This document shows positions 9,235 through 18,932 of a stretch of DNA of 64,000 nucleotides, piece after piece. The notes under the pieces were generated by a model. It had not been told where the DNA came from. It saw only the letters and a program-made list of their open reading frames with translations, and made no database searches. Within the stretch, counting starts at the first letter, position 1; each line of letters opens with the position of its first letter. The position numbers and the translations under genes are program-made. This DNA is from a virus. Location of the stretch: positions 1 to 64,000 of IMG/VR virus record IMGVR_UViG_3300050821_003950, one strand, 5' to 3'.

Positions 9235-10640
9235 CCGAGCTGCGACAGATCCGTGCGAGGGCCGACGGTGAGATCGTGCTCTACGATCTCCCCGCGAAGA
9301 CGCTCGAACGCCTAACGCTCAAGCTCTCGCTCACAAATCCGAAATACGCGGCGCTCAAGCAATTCAACCGCTTCACGGGGACCGAGCCCGAGAGGATCTA
9401 CAGCGCGGTCGAGATGCCCGACGGATCGCTTCACTGCCCCCGCGGCGCCTTCGGTCTCATTCGCGAGGAGTGCTTCAAGGATGGGCTCGTGCCCAAGATC
9501 GAGATCGATGAGCGCGCCGACGGGACATCGATCACGATCGTCAAGCGCGACTACCTCCCGCCGCGCGACTACCAAGCGCAGGGCGTCGACGAGATTCTGC
9601 GAAAGCTGCAAGGGCTGATCGTGCTTCCGTGCGGCACCGGCAAGACGAAGCTCGGCGGCTACGCGATCCTCGCGGTCAAGCGCACGACGCTCGTGATCGT
9701 GCACACGACCGATCTCGCCGATCAGTGGCTCGAAGACTTGCGATCGTTCGGCATCGAAGCGGGGCTCGTGGGCGCGGGCAAGACGAGCCTCGGTCACGAA
9801 GTCGTCGTCGGCATCGTCGACAGCGTCGTCGACGCGCTCGAAACGATGCCCGAGTGGGGCAAGCGTTTCGGGATGGTGCTCGTCGACGAGTGCCACCATA
9901 CGCCGGCCGCGACGTTTCAACGTGCCTTGCGTCTGCTCCCCGCTCGACGCCGCGTCGGACTCACCGCCACGCCCGAGCGCGAAGATTCGCTGACGTGGCT
10001 CGTCGGTTGGAGCTTCGGCCCGACGCTCCTAGAGCGCTCGACGATCGAGATGATCAAGCTCGGCTACCTCATGCCCGCCAAGATCGAGATCGTGCACACG
10101 GGGTGGACGTGGACCTACGACGGCCCCGAGAAGAAGCGACTCGCCACGCTCGAAAAGGACATCGCCGAGGACATCTCGCGCAACGCGATGATCGCCGACC
10201 GCGTCGCCGTCGAGGCGAAGACCGGCGAGACGTGCCTCGTGCTCGCTCGCACGCGCGCGCACTGCAAAGAGCTGGCGGAGATGATCTGCGCGCGAGGCGT
10301 CGAGGCGCACGCAGTCACCGGACGCTCGAAGAAGAAGGATCGGCGAAGCTCGATCGGGGCTCTGCGCGCGGGCGATCTGCCCGTCATGGTCGCGACGTCG
10401 CTCGCCGATGAGGGGCTTGACCTTCCGCGGCTCTCGTACATCGCGCTCGCGAGCCCGCAACGAGCCCGCGGCGTCACGATCCAACGGCTCGGCCGCTTGC
10501 TGCGTCTCTGGAAAGGGAAGAAGCCGAAGCTCGCCGACTTCGTCGACGACGAGGTCGAGACCCTCGCGAGCCGCGCGAGCGAACGCCGACGCGTCTACAA
10601 AGAGACGGGGCTATTGGAGCCGAGCGCGAGGACGACATGA
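9231..10640 (+). CDS. superfamily II DEAD/DEAH helicase (UvsW/ResIII-like)
   Basis: RDYQ, LPCGTGKT, VDECHH, GLTATPER, EGLDLP, QRLGRLLR. Confidence 0.92.
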   Translation: MTELRQIRARADGEIVLYDLPAKTLERLTLKLSLTNPKYAALKQFNRFTGTEPERIYSAVEMPDGSLHCPRGAFGLIREECFKDGLVPKIEIDERADGTSITIVKRDYLPPRDYQAQGVDEILRKLQGLIVLPCGTGKTKLGGYAILAVKRTTLVIVHTTDLADQWLEDLRSFGIEAGLVGAGKTSLGHEVVVGIVDSVVDALETMPEWGKRFGMVLVDECHHTPAATFQRALRLLPARRRVGLTATPEREDSLTWLVGWSFGPTLLERSTIEMIKLGYLMPAKIEIVHTGWTWTYDGPEKKRLATLEKDIAEDISRNAMIADRVAVEAKTGETCLVLARTRAHCKELAEMICARGVEAHAVTGRSKKKDRRSSIGALRAGDLPVMVATSLADEGLDLPRLSYIALASPQRARGVTIQRLGRLLRLWKGKKPKLADFVDDEVETLASRASERRRVYKETGLLEPSARTT

Positions 10641-11710
10641 CCACTATCTCGATCGATGTCGCTAGAGGGATGGTTGAAAGGTTGAAGCGCCTTGAAAAAC
10701 ATCGACTCGATGGCTTTCTCGATCACTTCATCTACCAAAGAGGTCTACGGAGAATTTTGGATCTGCCCGTCGAGTTGCTCGACTCGGCCATGAAGAATCT
10801 TGAAGCTCTAGAGAAAGGGCCGATCAACTCATTTGGCGAATGTCCACACGACACCGATGCTTGCAAAGAATGCAACGAGTGGGTGCACAACAGATGTCGT
10901 GTTTGCGAGCATCGAACAGATATCCTCTTACCTCTCGCGACCGCCGAGGAGGCGATCCTACGGATGCCTGATCCGCGAGAGTACAAGAAAATTCAGAACG
11001 TCAGTCTATACACGCGCGGCATTGGACAACACGGCGAAAACGGCGGCGAGTTGATTCCATGGGACAAGGTTGCCGAGCTAGGCCCAATCAACGCGTATCG
11101 AGGACTCTGCTCTTTCAGGATCTATCCGTGGGGAGAGATGCAGCGCTTCATGCGTAGCGTTTCTCTTCGCTATCAGTGCATTTGTGCCGAACATCTCGGC
11201 GTCATGCCTCGGGCTCTGTTCTGTCCGCCCATTGGAGACATGCAACTAGGCAACATGATGCCCTATGGGATGGTGACTGGAAAAACCGTGCTGAGCTGGC
11301 ACAAGGTCGGCACGCTGATCAATATCGATCGCAGTCTTCCGAACACTATCGAAGAGTACCATCTACGGGTCGAGATCACGGCGCGCGAACGCGCGCACGA
11401 AAGTCGCTACAACAGTGAGCAAGACTGGTATGGGCAACTTCAAAGCGTGCGTAGAGACGGCGATGCGTGGTGGGACATCTACAATCTCTACCTGCGTTCG
11501 CCTGAATGGAAAGCGAAACGTGAAGAGGTCAAGGCGCGCGCTCGTAACCGATGCGAGATTTGCGGGCGCACACCCGGTTACGGCTGGAAACCGCGCGGCT
11601 ATCAAGTGCATCACGAGACGTATGTACGTGCCGGCGCAGAGCTTCTAAGCGATCTTCTCTACCTCTGCGGTCGATGTCATGACCGCGAAGACGAGCGCAG
11701 GCGCCGATGA
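10637..11710 (+). CDS. HNH endonuclease domain protein (low GC)
   Basis: C-terminal YLRSPEWK..R...RCEICG...VHH.TY...LLYLCGRCH; markedly lower GC than flanks. Confidence 0.8.
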   Translation: MTTISIDVARGMVERLKRLEKHRLDGFLDHFIYQRGLRRILDLPVELLDSAMKNLEALEKGPINSFGECPHDTDACKECNEWVHNRCRVCEHRTDILLPLATAEEAILRMPDPREYKKIQNVSLYTRGIGQHGENGGELIPWDKVAELGPINAYRGLCSFRIYPWGEMQRFMRSVSLRYQCICAEHLGVMPRALFCPPIGDMQLGNMMPYGMVTGKTVLSWHKVGTLINIDRSLPNTIEEYHLRVEITARERAHESRYNSEQDWYGQLQSVRRDGDAWWDIYNLYLRSPEWKAKREEVKARARNRCEICGRTPGYGWKPRGYQVHHETYVRAGAELLSDLLYLCGRCHDREDERRRR

Positions 11711-12003
11711 TGGCCGCCGTCCTACGTCACTGGTCTTTCGACCTTCCGCCGACCGTGCGTGCGCTCGGCGAGCGCATCGCGCGCGAACACGGCAAGACAT
11801 TCGCGGCGCTTGTGAGCGGAACCGGCACGCGCTCGAAGACGATCGCGCTCGCTCGTCACCGCTGGATCGCGATCACGAAGTGGACGCTCGGGCTCTCGTA
11901 CCCCGAGGCGGGCCGCATGTTCGGGCTCGATCACACCACGGTCATCAGCGCGTGCAAGAAGATCGAAGCGCTGCTCGCCGAAGAGTGGAGGGCCACGCCG
12001 TGA
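11707..12003 (+). CDS. DnaA C-terminal (domain IV) HTH-like protein
   Basis: IALARH...LGLSYPEAGRMFGLDHTTVISACKKIE matches DnaA domain IV signature. Confidence 0.8.
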   Translation: MMAAVLRHWSFDLPPTVRALGERIAREHGKTFAALVSGTGTRSKTIALARHRWIAITKWTLGLSYPEAGRMFGLDHTTVISACKKIEALLAEEWRATP

Positions 12004-13268
12004 GCGACGTCAGCCCCGAGGCGAAAGCCGCATGGGAAGCCTACGAGAAGGAAGTCAGGGACGCGTGCCACGCGCCCGGCGCTCTCGCGCGCTACGTGCG
12101 ATCCTGCAACCCCGAAGGCATCGTCGAAGACGGCCCCGACGCCTTCCACTGCCGATCGCCCATCCGTCGAAACAAACACTCTAGCAACTTCTACGTGTAC
12201 CCCGGCGATCGTGGATACAACGACTTCGGCTCGCACGAGGGCGGCGACATGCTCGCCTTCATCCGTCGCCTTTGGAACCTTACGAGCTACCGCGACGTGC
12301 TCGACAAGGCGGCCGTCGCGCTCGGGATCCCGACGTGGGAGGAGAGGAAGGGCGCCTTCCTCACGAACGGCGCTTCGCACGAGAGCGTCGAGACGCTGCT
12401 CGCGCGCTTCTCGGGCGAGTACGTCGACGAGGCGCGCGTGTTCGATTGCTGCACGTGGCTCGCGAACCTCTGCGCGTCGATCCTCCCCGAGTCAGCGCGC
12501 GCGCACCTCCGCGAACACTACGGAATGACCGACGAGTACATCACGCTCGAACGCGTGGGCTACGTCCCGCCCGCCTTGTGGGAACTGGTCAAGCATCCCC
12601 CGCAAGAGTGCCCCTACGACACGAAGACGCTTCTCTCGACGGGTTGGTTTTGGGCCGAGCACGGGCATTGCGAGCCCGGCGCGGGCAAGGTCGAGGCGGT
12701 CTTCGCGGACCGGATCGTCTTTCAATACTGGAAAGATTCGAGCGCCCGCTACACGATCGCGCGCAAGTGGTTCGGCGGGCTGACCGAGGCCGACCTCTCG
12801 CCCGAGTGGGTGAAGCGTCACCCGTGGGAAGCGGGCAAATACAAGAAGCTCCCGACGCGCGACGCGGTCAAGCGTCCCTACGTCTCGCCCTTCATCACGA
12901 ACACGATCCTTTGGGGCGAGGACTGTCTTCGGCTCGCTCGCGGGGGCTGCGTCATCGTCACCGAGGGCATCACCGACGCGATGATCCTCTCGATGCTCGG
13001 CTTCCTCGTGATCTCGCCCGTCACCGTCGCCTTCGCCGCGCACGACATCGAGCACGTCGTCGACTTGCTGCGCCGCGTGCAGCCTCGCCGCGTGATCCTC
13101 TGCAACGACAGCGAGGCGAGCGGCGCGGGCCTCAAGGGTGCGATGAAGATGGCCGAGACGCTTTGGAGCGCGGGCTACAAGGCTGCGATCGCGAAGCTCG
13201 TGCGCCCCGAGGGCACCGAGAAGATCGACGTGAACGAGTTCGTGACGCGAGTGATGAGGGCCACATGA
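12000..13268 (+). CDS. DnaG-like DNA primase (Zn-binding-like + Toprim)
   Basis: DFGSHEGGD, RIVF, KYKKL, IVTEGITDAM, LCNDSE..G..GA, KIDVNEF. Confidence 0.85.
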   Translation: MSDVSPEAKAAWEAYEKEVRDACHAPGALARYVRSCNPEGIVEDGPDAFHCRSPIRRNKHSSNFYVYPGDRGYNDFGSHEGGDMLAFIRRLWNLTSYRDVLDKAAVALGIPTWEERKGAFLTNGASHESVETLLARFSGEYVDEARVFDCCTWLANLCASILPESARAHLREHYGMTDEYITLERVGYVPPALWELVKHPPQECPYDTKTLLSTGWFWAEHGHCEPGAGKVEAVFADRIVFQYWKDSSARYTIARKWFGGLTEADLSPEWVKRHPWEAGKYKKLPTRDAVKRPYVSPFITNTILWGEDCLRLARGGCVIVTEGITDAMILSMLGFLVISPVTVAFAAHDIEHVVDLLRRVQPRRVILCNDSEASGAGLKGAMKMAETLWSAGYKAAIAKLVRPEGTEKIDVNEFVTRVMRAT

Positions 13269-13477
13269 CGACATCGAAAGACGACGAATACATGAAGGCA
13301 CTACAGAAACCACTGAGGGAAGACGTGCGCTTCGGTGACGGGTGGACGGCTGGCTTCGATTGCGTCGTAAGGTGGCTCGAAGGTCCCGAGGCGAACGCGA
13401 TCGCGAGAGCGACACCGTCCCCTCTCGATGTTCCGCGCGCACTGGCGACCGCATTGCGTACCGCGCAGAAAGGATAA
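13265..13477 (+). CDS. small hypothetical protein between primase and helicase
   Basis: ATGA-coupled 70-aa ORF MTTSKDDEY...; lower GC. Confidence 0.5.
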   Translation: MTTSKDDEYMKALQKPLREDVRFGDGWTAGFDCVVRWLEGPEANAIARATPSPLDVPRALATALRTAQKG

Positions 13478-13480
13478 ACC

Positions 13481-15751
13481 GTGTCCACGCAAGAAGAGAG
13501 GGAAGCCGCGGGCCGAGCCGCGTTCCAAGCCGTGATCGACGCGGCGCTCGACTGGCCCGTGTTCCTCGCGTCGACGATGCCGAAGGATCCGAACGATCCC
13601 GAGGTGACGGAACGGATCAAGAAGCTCGCGGCGCTCGCGCTGCGACTGAACCCGCTCGAACGCCGGAACACGATCGAGTCGGTCTTCCGATACAACCGCG
13701 GCATCCCGCGCGCGCCCGCCCGCAAGATGTTCGACGACGAGATCAAACGGCTCGAAGGCGAGGCCGAGGCGACCGCCGCCAGTGCAGAGAGCGAAGCTCG
13801 GGGCAAGAGGCGGCAGTCCGCAGTCGGCGACGAGATGCGCGGGCACGTGTTCACGAAATCGAACGGGTGCATCTACCGGAAGAGTGCGATCGGCGCCGAG
13901 GAGCGCGTGACGAGCTTCTCGCTCGTGCCGACGCATCGCATCGCGAAAGACGGCGAGGTCGACGACTGGATCCGATGCCGGATCGAGATCCCCTACGAAG
14001 GCTTCGACGCCGGCACCGAGGGCGCGCCGCTCGTGCAGGTCTACGACGCCGCGTTCCCCTTTCCGCCGAAGGCGTTCACCTCGCGGCACGCGTTCAAGTC
14101 GATCATGCCCAACGAGTGCGCGGGCTCGCCGAGCGACGACGACGTGCAGGGCATCAAAGAGATGTTCAAGCGCGACTACGGGCTCTCGTCTTTGCCGCGC
14201 TTGCAGTCGACCAACGTGCTCGGGCGCCACATGGTCGGCGGCTCGCCGCGCTTCGTGCGCTCCGAGGGCACGATCGGCCCCGATGGGCAGTGGATGGAGA
14301 CGGCTGATCTTACCTACCTCTACGGCGACGGCGTCGGCTCGACGTCGACGCTCGCGAGCAAGATGCCCGGCCGAAAGGACGCGCGGCCGGCGCTCGACTC
14401 GCCCGAGCTGCGCGAGCTGGCGCGGGCCGCGCTCGCGGACGTGATGCGCCTGAACCGGGGCGAGGACATGGCCGCGCTCGTCGGCTGGCACTTCGCGGCG
14501 CTCGTGGCTCCCGCGATCCGCTTGAAGCTCGCGGGCGCGCCGATCCTGAACGTGGTGGGGAGCGCGCAGGCGGGCAAGAGTTCGCTCGCGGGCCGGATCC
14601 TCTGGCCGATGTTCGCGGGCGCGCGCGCCGACGGCGAGCTGATGTCGTGGAAGGGGACGCGCTTTACCATGGCGAAGGAGATCGCCTCGTGCAACGCGCT
14701 CGCGCTTTGCTGGGACGAGAACCGGGAGGGCAGCTCGCCCGGCATGCAGAAGACGCACGCGGAGTTCTACGACATGCTGCGCGGCAGCTACACGAAGGAG
14801 GTCGTCACCCGCGGCAATCAGGACAAGACGATCACGCTCTACGTGCTCCAAGCGCTCTCGAACGTGAACGGCGAGACGCGCATCGCGGGCGATCAGGCGC
14901 TCGTCGAGCGGTGCGTGTTCGTCGTGCTCGATGGCAACTGGCTCGCGCAGCATCCCGAGTGCCGCGCGGCCTACGACCGGATGACAGCGCTCGATCTGGC
15001 GGCGCTCGGCCCCTTCATGCAGGCGTGGACGATGCGCCTCGACGTGGCCGCGGCGCTCGCCGAGGCGCGCGAGATGGTCGGGACCGCCCTGAAGCGGCTC
15101 GGGCGCGCCGGGCGGCTCACGACGCGCGCCGTCGCGAACGTCGAATGGGTGGCGACCGGGATCGTGATGTTCAATCGGCTGGCCGACGAGCTGAGCGTCG
15201 CGACGCCCGCGGTCGAGTTCGTCTCGACGGTCGACCGGATGGTGCGCGAGATGTTCGAGGAGGACCAGGGCGCGAGCCGGGCGACGCTGCACGGAGCCGA
15301 GGGGCGCGTGCGAACGAACGTCGACGCGGCGCTCGTGGAGTGGTCGACCATGGCCACGGGGGGCGAGCTGAAAGAGGGCCGGGACTTCGTCTGGGTCGAT
15401 CGCGCCGAGGGTCTGCGGCTCTGTCTATCGCTCTCGCAGATCATGGGCCGCTGGCTCACGTGGCGGCTCTCGCAGGGGCGCAGCGGGCCGCCCGTGGGGC
15501 AAGCCGACCTGTACCGGAAAGCGTGCGAGATGGTCGCCGCGGGCGGCAGCTACGTGACGGGGGCCGACCGGAAGACGCGCGCCCCGTTCGACGACGGGCG
15601 AAGGCGGTGCCTCGAAGTCGACCCCGCGAAGATCCCCGACTCGCTGGACGTCGACTCGTTCCCGCGGAACGAACTGAAGACGCACGGCGGGCAGCGAGAG
15701 CAGCTCTCGACGCAAGAGCTGCTCGACCGTTTCGGCAAGAAGACGAATTGA
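13481..15751 (+). CDS. primase-associated P-loop helicase/ATPase (DUF927-like)
   Basis: Walker A VVGSAQAGKSS, Walker B LCWDE, NVNGE, ALVERC. Confidence 0.75.
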   Translation: MSTQEEREAAGRAAFQAVIDAALDWPVFLASTMPKDPNDPEVTERIKKLAALALRLNPLERRNTIESVFRYNRGIPRAPARKMFDDEIKRLEGEAEATAASAESEARGKRRQSAVGDEMRGHVFTKSNGCIYRKSAIGAEERVTSFSLVPTHRIAKDGEVDDWIRCRIEIPYEGFDAGTEGAPLVQVYDAAFPFPPKAFTSRHAFKSIMPNECAGSPSDDDVQGIKEMFKRDYGLSSLPRLQSTNVLGRHMVGGSPRFVRSEGTIGPDGQWMETADLTYLYGDGVGSTSTLASKMPGRKDARPALDSPELRELARAALADVMRLNRGEDMAALVGWHFAALVAPAIRLKLAGAPILNVVGSAQAGKSSLAGRILWPMFAGARADGELMSWKGTRFTMAKEIASCNALALCWDENREGSSPGMQKTHAEFYDMLRGSYTKEVVTRGNQDKTITLYVLQALSNVNGETRIAGDQALVERCVFVVLDGNWLAQHPECRAAYDRMTALDLAALGPFMQAWTMRLDVAAALAEAREMVGTALKRLGRAGRLTTRAVANVEWVATGIVMFNRLADELSVATPAVEFVSTVDRMVREMFEEDQGASRATLHGAEGRVRTNVDAALVEWSTMATGGELKEGRDFVWVDRAEGLRLCLSLSQIMGRWLTWRLSQGRSGPPVGQADLYRKACEMVAAGGSYVTGADRKTRAPFDDGRRRCLEVDPAKIPDSLDVDSFPRNELKTHGGQREQLSTQELLDRFGKKTN

Positions 15752-15754
15752 GAA

Positions 15755-16126
15755 AACGCGCCACTTGCTCCACTTGAGATCGCTAGCGCATGACTGACAC
15801 TAATTCCGCCATGACTCGAACCCGAAAAACGCGCCACTTGCGCCACTTGCTAGCGAGTGCGCCACTTGCTCGCGTAACATCGCGAGATCGTTGTAAGTGG
15901 GCAAGTGGCGCGCACCACTTGGATCATGAGAGCCCCCTCAGAGAGTCACCTCTCTCGAAGGGCTATTGATCCCACTGTCATAGCCCCCTCTCTCGATGCT
16001 CGCCTTCTATAGAGATCATGATCGAAATATGATCCACTTGATCCACTTGCTACCTATCGAGCCGAAACTGTTGAAAAAAGTGCGCGCCACTTGTGCGCGC
16101 CACTTGGAGCCACTTGATCCACTTGC
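15755..16126. repeat. CCACTTG iteron-like repeat cluster, candidate replication origin
   Basis: 12 direct copies of CCACTTG (15761, 15770, 15834, 15843, 15862, 15915, 16034, 16043, 16087, 16100, 16110, 16119) plus inverted copies at 15902 and 15894 (imperfect); non-coding and AT-richer. Confidence 0.8.
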
Positions 16127-16171
16127 CCCAAGCCGACGGGAGCCGTCCCCTGCGACAGAATGTGAGACGTC

Positions 16172-16999
16172 ATGGCCGTGAAAATCGACAACGACGAGCC
16201 GAATCCGTTCGAGGGATTCGAGGATGCGCCCGCGAAGACGAAGCCGTCATCCCCGGTTGCCCCTTCCGCCCTCGAAGCTCTCCGCACTCCCGCGCAGGCG
16301 GCCCCTCGCCCCGAGACGCCCTACGTGCCCGGCGACCCCCTGACCCTCACGCCCTCGACGCCGAAGCCGTCCCGAGCCCGGGAGCGCGCAGCGCTGGCCT
16401 ACCGCGCGACCCTCTCCCGCGACGACGCGGTCATCGTCGACGTCGCCCCCGGCGACCCCATCCCCATCATCGATCCCCTGCGCGTCGCTGAGCTGGCGGC
16501 GACGTGCAGCGAAGTACGTCTCGCGACCGCCGACCTCGGGGATGTCTTCCTCGTCGCGAAGCGGACCGACAGGCATCGCACCGAGCTGACCTTCGACGAC
16601 GCCGCGCTCTTGACCACGATCGTCGCGACGTTCCCGGGATCAAGGTTGATCGGGATCCGATCCCCTAGGGATCAAAGCGCCCACGGGAATCCCGAGAACA
16701 AACACTCTGACGCGCATGGAGGACCCCTCGACGCGTCGACGGATGGAGGGCCGAATAGGACCGACTGGCCGCCCGAAACGAACCCCAAGCGAACCCAAAG
16801 CGAACACGCGGCGAACCCCGTCGCGATCGGCGCAGCCGAGGCCGCAGTCAAGCAGTCCGCAGTCGACAGTCGGCTCGGGCTCAAGGTCATGTGTTGGGGC
16901 TGCGACCTTCGCGAAGTCGCGGAGCCCGGCGCGCTCTGCGAGAACTGCGACGACAAGATCGAAACCCCGCCGAGTGATGACGAGGAGTGGGCTCGATGA
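16172..16999 (+). CDS. hypothetical protein with C-terminal CxxC...CxxC
   Basis: ORF track; ATGA-coupled to next gene. Confidence 0.6.
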   Translation: MAVKIDNDEPNPFEGFEDAPAKTKPSSPVAPSALEALRTPAQAAPRPETPYVPGDPLTLTPSTPKPSRARERAALAYRATLSRDDAVIVDVAPGDPIPIIDPLRVAELAATCSEVRLATADLGDVFLVAKRTDRHRTELTFDDAALLTTIVATFPGSRLIGIRSPRDQSAHGNPENKHSDAHGGPLDASTDGGPNRTDWPPETNPKRTQSEHAANPVAIGAAEAAVKQSAVDSRLGLKVMCWGCDLREVAEPGALCENCDDKIETPPSDDEEWAR

Positions 17000-17613
17000 G
17001 CGGAGGTTTCAACTACACGATCCCGATGCGCTCGCGCGATCTCGTCTTCGTCGACTGCGAGACAACAGGGCTCGATCATCACGTGCACGAGATCATCGAG
17101 TGGGCTGCGATCCGCATGTCGCCCGACCTTCAGATCGAGCGCGGACGCGTCGACATGCGGTGCGTGATGCAGTGGCCCGAGCGAGCCGAGAAGGAAGCGC
17201 TAGAGATCAACGGCTACAGCCGCGAGGCTTGGTTCGACGCGAAGCCGATCCGGCTGATGCTGTTCGAGCATGGCAAGCTCATCGAAGACGGCGAAGCGCT
17301 CACCGTCGGCCATAACGCGCGCTTCGATCTCGACTTTCTCGAAGAAGCGTACCGCCGCGAGTCGATGACGATGCCGCGCATGAAGTACGTGCTCGACACG
17401 GCGTCGATGGCTTGGCCGCTCGTCGTGCACGGGCACCTCGAATGGTTGCGGCTCGAAACCATGTGCAGCAAGTATGGCGTCACGAACGACGGCAAGCATC
17501 GAGCGCTCGCCGACGTGATGCGAATGATCCGCGTGTACGCGAAGCTTGTCGGCGTGAAAGAGCCGCGCTTCGGCCGACGAATCGAAGACAACGAACCGGA
17601 GTGGGCAAGATGA
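16996..17613 (+). CDS. DEDDh 3'-5' exonuclease (DnaQ/oligoribonuclease-like)
   Basis: FVDCETTGLD, VGHNARFDLDFL, LDT, HRALAD. Confidence 0.92.
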   Translation: MSGGFNYTIPMRSRDLVFVDCETTGLDHHVHEIIEWAAIRMSPDLQIERGRVDMRCVMQWPERAEKEALEINGYSREAWFDAKPIRLMLFEHGKLIEDGEALTVGHNARFDLDFLEEAYRRESMTMPRMKYVLDTASMAWPLVVHGHLEWLRLETMCSKYGVTNDGKHRALADVMRMIRVYAKLVGVKEPRFGRRIEDNEPEWAR

Positions 17614-18932
17614 CGACGACGACGGAAGAAGCTCTCGCGATCGAGTTCAAGAACGAACACCTCTCGGTCTCGCGCTTGAAGCTCTACGAGCAATGCGAGC
17701 TGAGTTTCGCGATGCGCTACGTGTTCCCCAAGGGCGACGAGGAGCCGCGCGGCGTGGCCGCCGACTTCGGCGTCGTGCTGCACGCGGCGCTCGAAGCGGT
17801 CTACCTCTGGATCGTGCGCGAGGAGTACGCCGGGCGCTTCCCCGACGACAAGCTGATGGCCTGCTACCGCGACGCGTTCCAAGCGAGCGGACTCGTCGGC
17901 GTCGCGCTCTACCAGGAAGGTTTGCAGATCCTTCGGACCTACGCGCGCACGCACGACGTCGTCGATCACATGACGATCCTCGCGGTCGAGCGCGAGTTCA
18001 ATCTCGACGTCGGCGGCTTCGTCGTGAACGGCTACATCGATCGCGTCGACAAGCTCGCGGACGACTGGATCGCGATCGTTGACTACAAGAGCAACCGCAA
18101 CCTGTTCACGCGCGACGATCTCGACACCGATCTTCAAATGTCGGTCTACGGGCTCGTCGCGCGCACGCTCTGGCCATGGGCGAAGCGTTTCTCTTTCGTC
18201 TTTCACATGCTGCGTCACGACACGCATCAGGGCACCGAGCGCACGTCGAGGGAGATCGACGACGCGGCCGGCTACATCGTCGCGCTTGGCAAGCGCACCG
18301 AGCAACCGCGCAAGGCGCACGAGTGGAAGCCGCAGCTAAACGCGAACTGCTCCTATTGCGACTACCGCCGACGTTGCCCGCTCTACGAGAAGATTCTCGC
18401 GGGCGGACACGAGGTCACGAAGGTCGCGAACACGGCCGACTTCGGCGAGGTCGCCGACAAGCGCGAAGAGCTGCACAAGCTCGCGAAGGTGCTCTACGCG
18501 CGCAAGAGCGAGCTGGACAAGCTGATCAAGGCGAAGCTCGATCGCGAGGGCGAGTTCGACGCGGGCGGCTATCACTACCGCTACGTGTCGGGAGGATTCT
18601 CGACGACGATCCAACCGTCGAGCGTGATGCGTGTCTTCGGCGAGCTTGGCATCCCGCCCGAAGAGACGGCGAAGCGCGTGCTCCGCGTCGACAACGATGC
18701 GCTCGAAGCGTTCCGCGTCGCCGTGATCGATACGCTCGACCGACCGAAGGCGCTCATTCTGAACGCGACGCTGCAAGGCATCAGCGACAAGACGCCGAAC
18801 ACGCCGCGGCTCGACTCGCACGCGATCAAGACGGCGAAGAAGGTGCACGACTCCGACGTTGCCAACGAGGCAAAAACCGCCGTGAAGGAAGCGGCGAAGC
18901 GTGATAGGAAAACGAAAGGAGCAACGCCGTGA
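17610..18932 (+). CDS. PD-(D/E)XK nuclease (RecB/Cas4-like)
   Basis: LSVSRLKLYEQC, FG...HAALE, GYIDRVD...IVDYKS, QMSVY, CSYCDYRRRCP. Confidence 0.9.
   Translation: MTTTTEEALAIEFKNEHLSVSRLKLYEQCELSFAMRYVFPKGDEEPRGVAADFGVVLHAALEAVYLWIVREEYAGRFPDDKLMACYRDAFQASGLVGVALYQEGLQILRTYARTHDVVDHMTILAVEREFNLDVGGFVVNGYIDRVDKLADDWIAIVDYKSNRNLFTRDDLDTDLQMSVYGLVARTLWPWAKRFSFVFHMLRHDTHQGTERTSREIDDAAGYIVALGKRTEQPRKAHEWKPQLNANCSYCDYRRRCPLYEKILAGGHEVTKVANTADFGEVADKREELHKLAKVLYARKSELDKLIKAKLDREGEFDAGGYHYRYVSGGFSTTIQPSSVMRVFGELGIPPEETAKRVLRVDNDALEAFRVAVIDTLDRPKALILNATLQGISDKTPNTPRLDSHAIKTAKKVHDSDVANEAKTAVKEAAKRDRKTKGATP

Noticed and set aside
11985-13268. Fourth shared C-terminal tail (WRATP* / MRAT*)
   Set aside because: Match is only about 9 nt around an RBS-like GAGG; too weak
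13301-15292. Long antisense and alternative-frame ORFs (also 46739..48718, 43311..44999, 35242..37335)
   Set aside because: Arg/Ala-rich shadow ORFs expected from high-GC codon bias opposite or overlapping well-supported genes
15755-16126. CRISPR array or coding repeat (ORF 15996..16181)
   Set aside because: 7-bp unit with irregular spacing; the ORF simply translates the repeat
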